This document shows positions 60,668 to 64,000 of a DNA stretch of 64,000 nt, piece by piece. The stretch's first letter is position 1. Each line of letters begins with the position of its first letter. A model generated the notes under the pieces. It saw only the letters and a list, made by a program, of their open reading frames with translations, was not told the DNA's origin and ran no database searches. Origin of the DNA: Oxobacter pfennigii (GTDB lineage: Bacteria > Bacillota > Clostridia > Clostridiales > Oxobacteraceae); assembly GCF_001317355.1 (NCBI RefSeq), contig NZ_LKET01000039.1, positions 350,574-414,573 on the forward strand, given 5' to 3'. The position numbers were made by a program, and so were the translations under genes.

Positions 60668-61354
60668 ATGAAATTGGGCGATAAAAGACAAATATCCATG
60701 GCAGTAGTCAGGAGGCTCCCCAAGTATCACAGATATTTACTTGAACTTATAAGAAACGATGTGGACAGAATATCATCTAAGGAATTAAGCGACAGAATAG
60801 GTTTCACAGCATCTCAAATAAGGCAGGACCTTAATAATTTCGGAGACTTTGGCCAGCAGGGATATGGTTATAATGTTAAGGACCTTTACAATGAAATAAG
60901 CAATATTTTGGGGCTCCATGCAAACTACAACATGGTTATAGCCGGTGCCGGAAATTTAGGTCAGGCAATTGCCGGTTATTCAAATTTTGAGAAAGAGGGG
61001 TTCAGGGTTAAGGCTTTATTTGACATAAATCCGAAGCTTATTGGACTCAGTATAAGGGATATAGAGATATTTGACATAGATAATCTCAGAAATTATCTTC
61101 ATGACAACAAAGTAGACATAGGTATAATATGTACTCCCCGTGTTCAGGCTCAGAAAGTAGCCGATGTAATGGTTAAAAACGGCATCACTGCCATTTGGAA
61201 CTTTGCCCCTACTGACCTTGATGTACCCAGAGGTGTAATAGTTGAGAACGTACATCTGTTAGACAGCCTTCTTACTCTCACATACAGAGTAAATGAACCT
61301 AAATTGCTTGATTACATTAATAAGGACCCTGAAGAAATAGTAGAAGAAGAGTAA
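60668..61354 (+). CDS. rex: redox-sensing transcriptional repressor Rex
   Basis: Rex N-terminal wHTH (VVRRLPKYHRYL) and Rossmann GAGNLG. The start may be TTG 60674. Confidence 0.85.
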   Translation: MKLGDKRQISMAVVRRLPKYHRYLLELIRNDVDRISSKELSDRIGFTASQIRQDLNNFGDFGQQGYGYNVKDLYNEISNILGLHANYNMVIAGAGNLGQAIAGYSNFEKEGFRVKALFDINPKLIGLSIRDIEIFDIDNLRNYLHDNKVDIGIICTPRVQAQKVADVMVKNGITAIWNFAPTDLDVPRGVIVENVHLLDSLLTLTYRVNEPKLLDYINKDPEEIVEEE

Positions 61355-61374
61355 TGTTTTTAAATTAATAAAAG

Positions 61375-61400
61375 AAGGACTCCGGTTGAGGAGTCCTTTT
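61375..61400 (+). terminator. intrinsic terminator after rex
   Basis: AAGGACTCCGGTTGAGGAGTCCTTTT. Confidence 0.5.
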
Positions 61401-61422
61401 CGTCAGGTCGGAGGTAAGCGCT

Positions 61423-62241
61423 TTGAAGGTTTACGGACTCATAGGAAGAAGCGGAAGCGGAAAAAGCCACAGGGCACAGCAAGTATCCAAAGAATACAAT
61501 ATTGAATATATAATCGATGACGGCCTTTTGATAAACGGCAACAAGGTTATAGCCGGCAAATCGGCAAAAAAAGAAAGCACAAAATTAGGCGCTGTTAAAA
61601 GAGCTGTGTTTAATGATAAGGAACACATGGAAATCATGAAAAAGGCTCTTTTGGAATACAGCCCTGAAAAAGTCCTTATATTAGGAACCTCGGACAGCAT
61701 GGTGGAGAGAATTGCACAAAAACTGGGACTTCCTGAAATAACCCAAAAAATATATATAGAAGATATAGCAACCCAGAGGGAAATTGATATTGCGACCAGA
61801 ATAAGAAAAGAGCAGGGAAAGCATGTCATTCCCGTGCCTACCTTTGCCATAAAAAAGGATTTTTCCGGATATTTTATAGATTCCATAAAAGGCTTAACCA
61901 AAAAAGACAGGGAAACATCCGACGATATGGAAAAGACTGTTGTTCGGCCTACCTTCAGCTATCTTGGCAAATACACCATAGCAAACAGTGTGATAAAATC
62001 CATGGTATCCTGTGGAGCTATGAAAATTCCCGGTGTTCACAAAGTACTTAAAGTAACTGTTGAAAATACCAATGATGAGCTTATCATTTCCATGGACATA
62101 TCTATAGACTACGGAACAATACTTCCACAAATAGCCGCAAGGGTTAAAGAAAGCGTCAAAAATGATATTGAATATATGACTGCCTTTAATATTTCCGAGA
62201 TAAACATATATATAAAATCAATCAATATTGAGACAACTTAA
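61423..62241 (+). CDS. P-loop NTPase domain fused to an Asp23/Gls24-like domain, hypothetical
   Basis: Walker A GRSGSGKS at residues 8-15. The C-terminal 110 aa show the Asp23-like alternating hydrophobic pattern (YGTILPQIAARVKESVKNDIEYMTAFNISEINIYIKSI). TTG start follows GGAGGT. Confidence 0.55.
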   Translation: MKVYGLIGRSGSGKSHRAQQVSKEYNIEYIIDDGLLINGNKVIAGKSAKKESTKLGAVKRAVFNDKEHMEIMKKALLEYSPEKVLILGTSDSMVERIAQKLGLPEITQKIYIEDIATQREIDIATRIRKEQGKHVIPVPTFAIKKDFSGYFIDSIKGLTKKDRETSDDMEKTVVRPTFSYLGKYTIANSVIKSMVSCGAMKIPGVHKVLKVTVENTNDELIISMDISIDYGTILPQIAARVKESVKNDIEYMTAFNISEINIYIKSINIETT

Positions 62242-62255
62242 GAATTTACCAACCA

Positions 62256-62282
62256 AAGACCGATGACCGGTCTTTTTTTATT
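62256..62282 (+). terminator. intrinsic terminator
   Basis: AAGACCGATGACCGGTCTTTTTTT. Confidence 0.5.
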
Positions 62283-62350
62283 TCAAATAAACGAATATTT
62301 AAAGCCTGCGGCTTGTATTATTTTATAGAAATAATTTTGGAGGATGAGCC

Positions 62351-63301
62351 ATGAAAAAAATTAATTCCAGGGTTCCTATAGCAGTACTCATATCAGTAAT
62401 GTTAATATTTTTAAATATTTCCATAATAAGATACGTGAGAGAAATTACAGGAAATAATATAAAAAGTGTAATGGGCGGTACAATAATCAAGGAAGGATTA
62501 TTCGGGCTTGAAGTTTTTGATGGGGCCGACAGTAAAAAGGAAGATGATTACATACAGAGATTCTTTCGGCCGTCAAAGGAAAAAGTAATGGATAAAAAGT
62601 ATTTTTTTAACAAGGAAGGGGCTGAGCTGCCTAAAGTATTTCAGGCATCCAATGATGTAGTCAGGGCATATTTTGATATTATAAGCGATGCAGCCAATAT
62701 GGGAAGCAAAAAAGGAGGCATGGGAAGCATAGGATACGGCACCGCACCTTATCCCGAAGCCTATAAGCTTTTGTCCGAGGATAAAAAGAAAGCCATGACT
62801 TATGAAAGCTTCCTTAAATCCTTTGAAAGTATAGGTCATATCAATCTTTTAAAAATGGCCGAAGGCCCTTCGGTAAAATCAGAAAACAGCATAAGCCCGC
62901 GGTATTTTGTGGAGATTGAGACAATAGAAGGCTCCGACACATTGGGCAAAACCTATTTTGCCTATTATTACGGTTATATAACGCTTAATCAAGACGGCAA
63001 TAACGGCTGGAGGATACATTCCATAGAGCTTATCCCTGAGGATTTCTTATCCCATGCATATCACGGGTGGCATCATGATGCCAATTCTATCGTTAAATTT
63101 ATCTATGGAGATAAGCTTAATATAGTTGACAAAGTCCTTAATATGGAAAATGACGGATATTTCAGCAACATAATTGCAAAGGGCAAGGACGGAAAGCAGT
63201 ACAGGTTCACCTTTATTAGAATCACTAACGGAGCGGATATACCCTTCCGCCAGTTTGTAATGGATGAAGGTAAGTGGAAGGATGTAGAAATTAATTTTTA
63301 A
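62351..63301 (+). CDS. membrane-anchored hypothetical protein
   Basis: N-terminal signal anchor, 316 aa, no recognised domain. An RBS is present. Confidence 0.5.
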   Translation: MKKINSRVPIAVLISVMLIFLNISIIRYVREITGNNIKSVMGGTIIKEGLFGLEVFDGADSKKEDDYIQRFFRPSKEKVMDKKYFFNKEGAELPKVFQASNDVVRAYFDIISDAANMGSKKGGMGSIGYGTAPYPEAYKLLSEDKKKAMTYESFLKSFESIGHINLLKMAEGPSVKSENSISPRYFVEIETIEGSDTLGKTYFAYYYGYITLNQDGNNGWRIHSIELIPEDFLSHAYHGWHHDANSIVKFIYGDKLNIVDKVLNMENDGYFSNIIAKGKDGKQYRFTFIRITNGADIPFRQFVMDEGKWKDVEINF

Positions 63302-63415
63302 ATTTTAATGAAATTTTTTAAAAAAGGTATTGATTTTTTATTCACTATCTATTAAAATAAAAACATCGAACGGATAATTATTATTAATAAAGAAAATATA
63401 TTTGGAGGTATAATT

Positions 63416-63922
63416 ATGAAAAAGTGGAAATGCGGAGTTTGTGGTTATGTTCATACAGGAGCAGCTGCCCCTGATAAATGTCCGGTATGCGGAGTACCCG
63501 GATCAAAATTTGCTGAAATTACAGGTGAAGAGGGTAAATCCTTAAAAGACTATGTAAACGCCCAGATTGAAGGTGAAACCTGGGAAGTAACACATTACTT
63601 AGCAGCAGCCCTTTTGGCCGATAAATTGGGATATGCAAATGTAGCAGAAACTTTCAGGACCATAGCAATGGAAGAAGCATACCATGGAGCAAATTACCTT
63701 TACAGAAGCGGTGAAATCGGAAAGACCAAGGAAGATCTTAAGGAATTCGTGGCCAAAATGATTGAAGCGGAAAAAGGTGCTCATAAGATGAAGACAGAAG
63801 GGTTCTCCCTTGCGTTGTCAGAAGGGCAGGACGAATTGGCAGCATTCTTCAAAATCTCAGCAGAAGATGAAGCAAGACATGCAAGCATGTGGTCCTGGGC
63901 ATATAAAGAACTGGAAAAATAA
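63416..63922 (+). CDS. reverse rubrerythrin (N-terminal rubredoxin-like, C-terminal diiron ferritin-like domain)
   Basis: CGVCGY...CPVCG rubredoxin motif at the N-terminus, then E..H diiron ligands. Confidence 0.85.
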   Translation: MKKWKCGVCGYVHTGAAAPDKCPVCGVPGSKFAEITGEEGKSLKDYVNAQIEGETWEVTHYLAAALLADKLGYANVAETFRTIAMEEAYHGANYLYRSGEIGKTKEDLKEFVAKMIEAEKGAHKMKTEGFSLALSEGQDELAAFFKISAEDEARHASMWSWAYKELEK

Positions 63923-63972
63923 AATATAAAAATAGTGTTTGTTCATCTATACTCTCTCCTTAACTTATAAAC

Positions 63973-64000
63973 CGGGACACAACTTTAGTTGTGTCCCGGT
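63973..64000. repeat. REP-like hairpin copy 3 (CCGGGACACAACTTTAGTTGTGTCCCGG), 50 nt after the rubrerythrin stop, at the window edge
   Basis: 12-bp perfect stem, same core as 790-813. Confidence 0.65.

Overview
This is a low-GC Firmicutes (Clostridia-like) chromosomal segment of about 64 kb. It is mostly core metabolism, carried almost entirely on the + strand.

Gene order, from protein similarity:
- an HtrA protease 3-prime end, glpK, an Ldh_2-family dehydrogenase, a PadR regulator, a GDSL hydrolase, a short [FeFe]-hydrogenase-like protein and an Hsp20 on the minus strand;
- a T-box-controlled trpEGDCFBA operon;
- an RsuA-like pseudouridine synthase;
- a cluster of a DUF5685-like protein, a Cys-rich J-domain protein and a membrane protein;
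- a cobalamin-riboswitch-controlled cbiX-hemA-sirC-hemC-cobA/hemD-hemB-hemL operon;
- a single-copy RAYT/IS200-like Y1 transposase homolog next to a convergent floT-nfeD pair;
- a NUDIX hydrolase and an FMN-riboswitch-controlled ribU;
- tsaE-tsaB-rimI, separated from tsaD by about 17 kb. That gap holds an ECF sigma/anti-sigma pair, tRNA-Trp, a roughly 5 kb GC-rich decaying foreign island (PucR regulator, transposase remnant, GPH transporter), comFB, an M23 peptidase, and a guanine-riboswitch xpt plus BMP-family nucleoside ABC transporter operon;
- tsaD, a DnaA-box cluster, a radical-SAM/PDZ protein, a GAF histidine kinase, an ABC-F ATPase on the minus strand, rex, a P-loop/Asp23 fusion and a reverse rubrerythrin.

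The most unusual content is non-coding:
1. A dispersed family of intergenic elements with a conserved core (AACATTGCG...) enclosed by copy-specific, covarying inverted-repeat stems. There are at least 7 copies, some fused into longer mosaic elements.
2. A perfectly palindromic REP-like hairpin, GGGACACAACTTTAGTTGTGTCCC, placed immediately after three stop codons.
3. A second motif, GGGACGGTTCA, flanking the RAYT-like gene as hairpins and a tandem array.
4. A repeat insertion between the trp T-box terminator and trpE.
5. A cluster of five DnaA boxes in the tsaD/ABC-F interval, where Bacillus has a DnaA-box cluster (gcp-ydiF; recalled from memory, see finding).

No CRISPR array, prophage or obvious defence operon was found.
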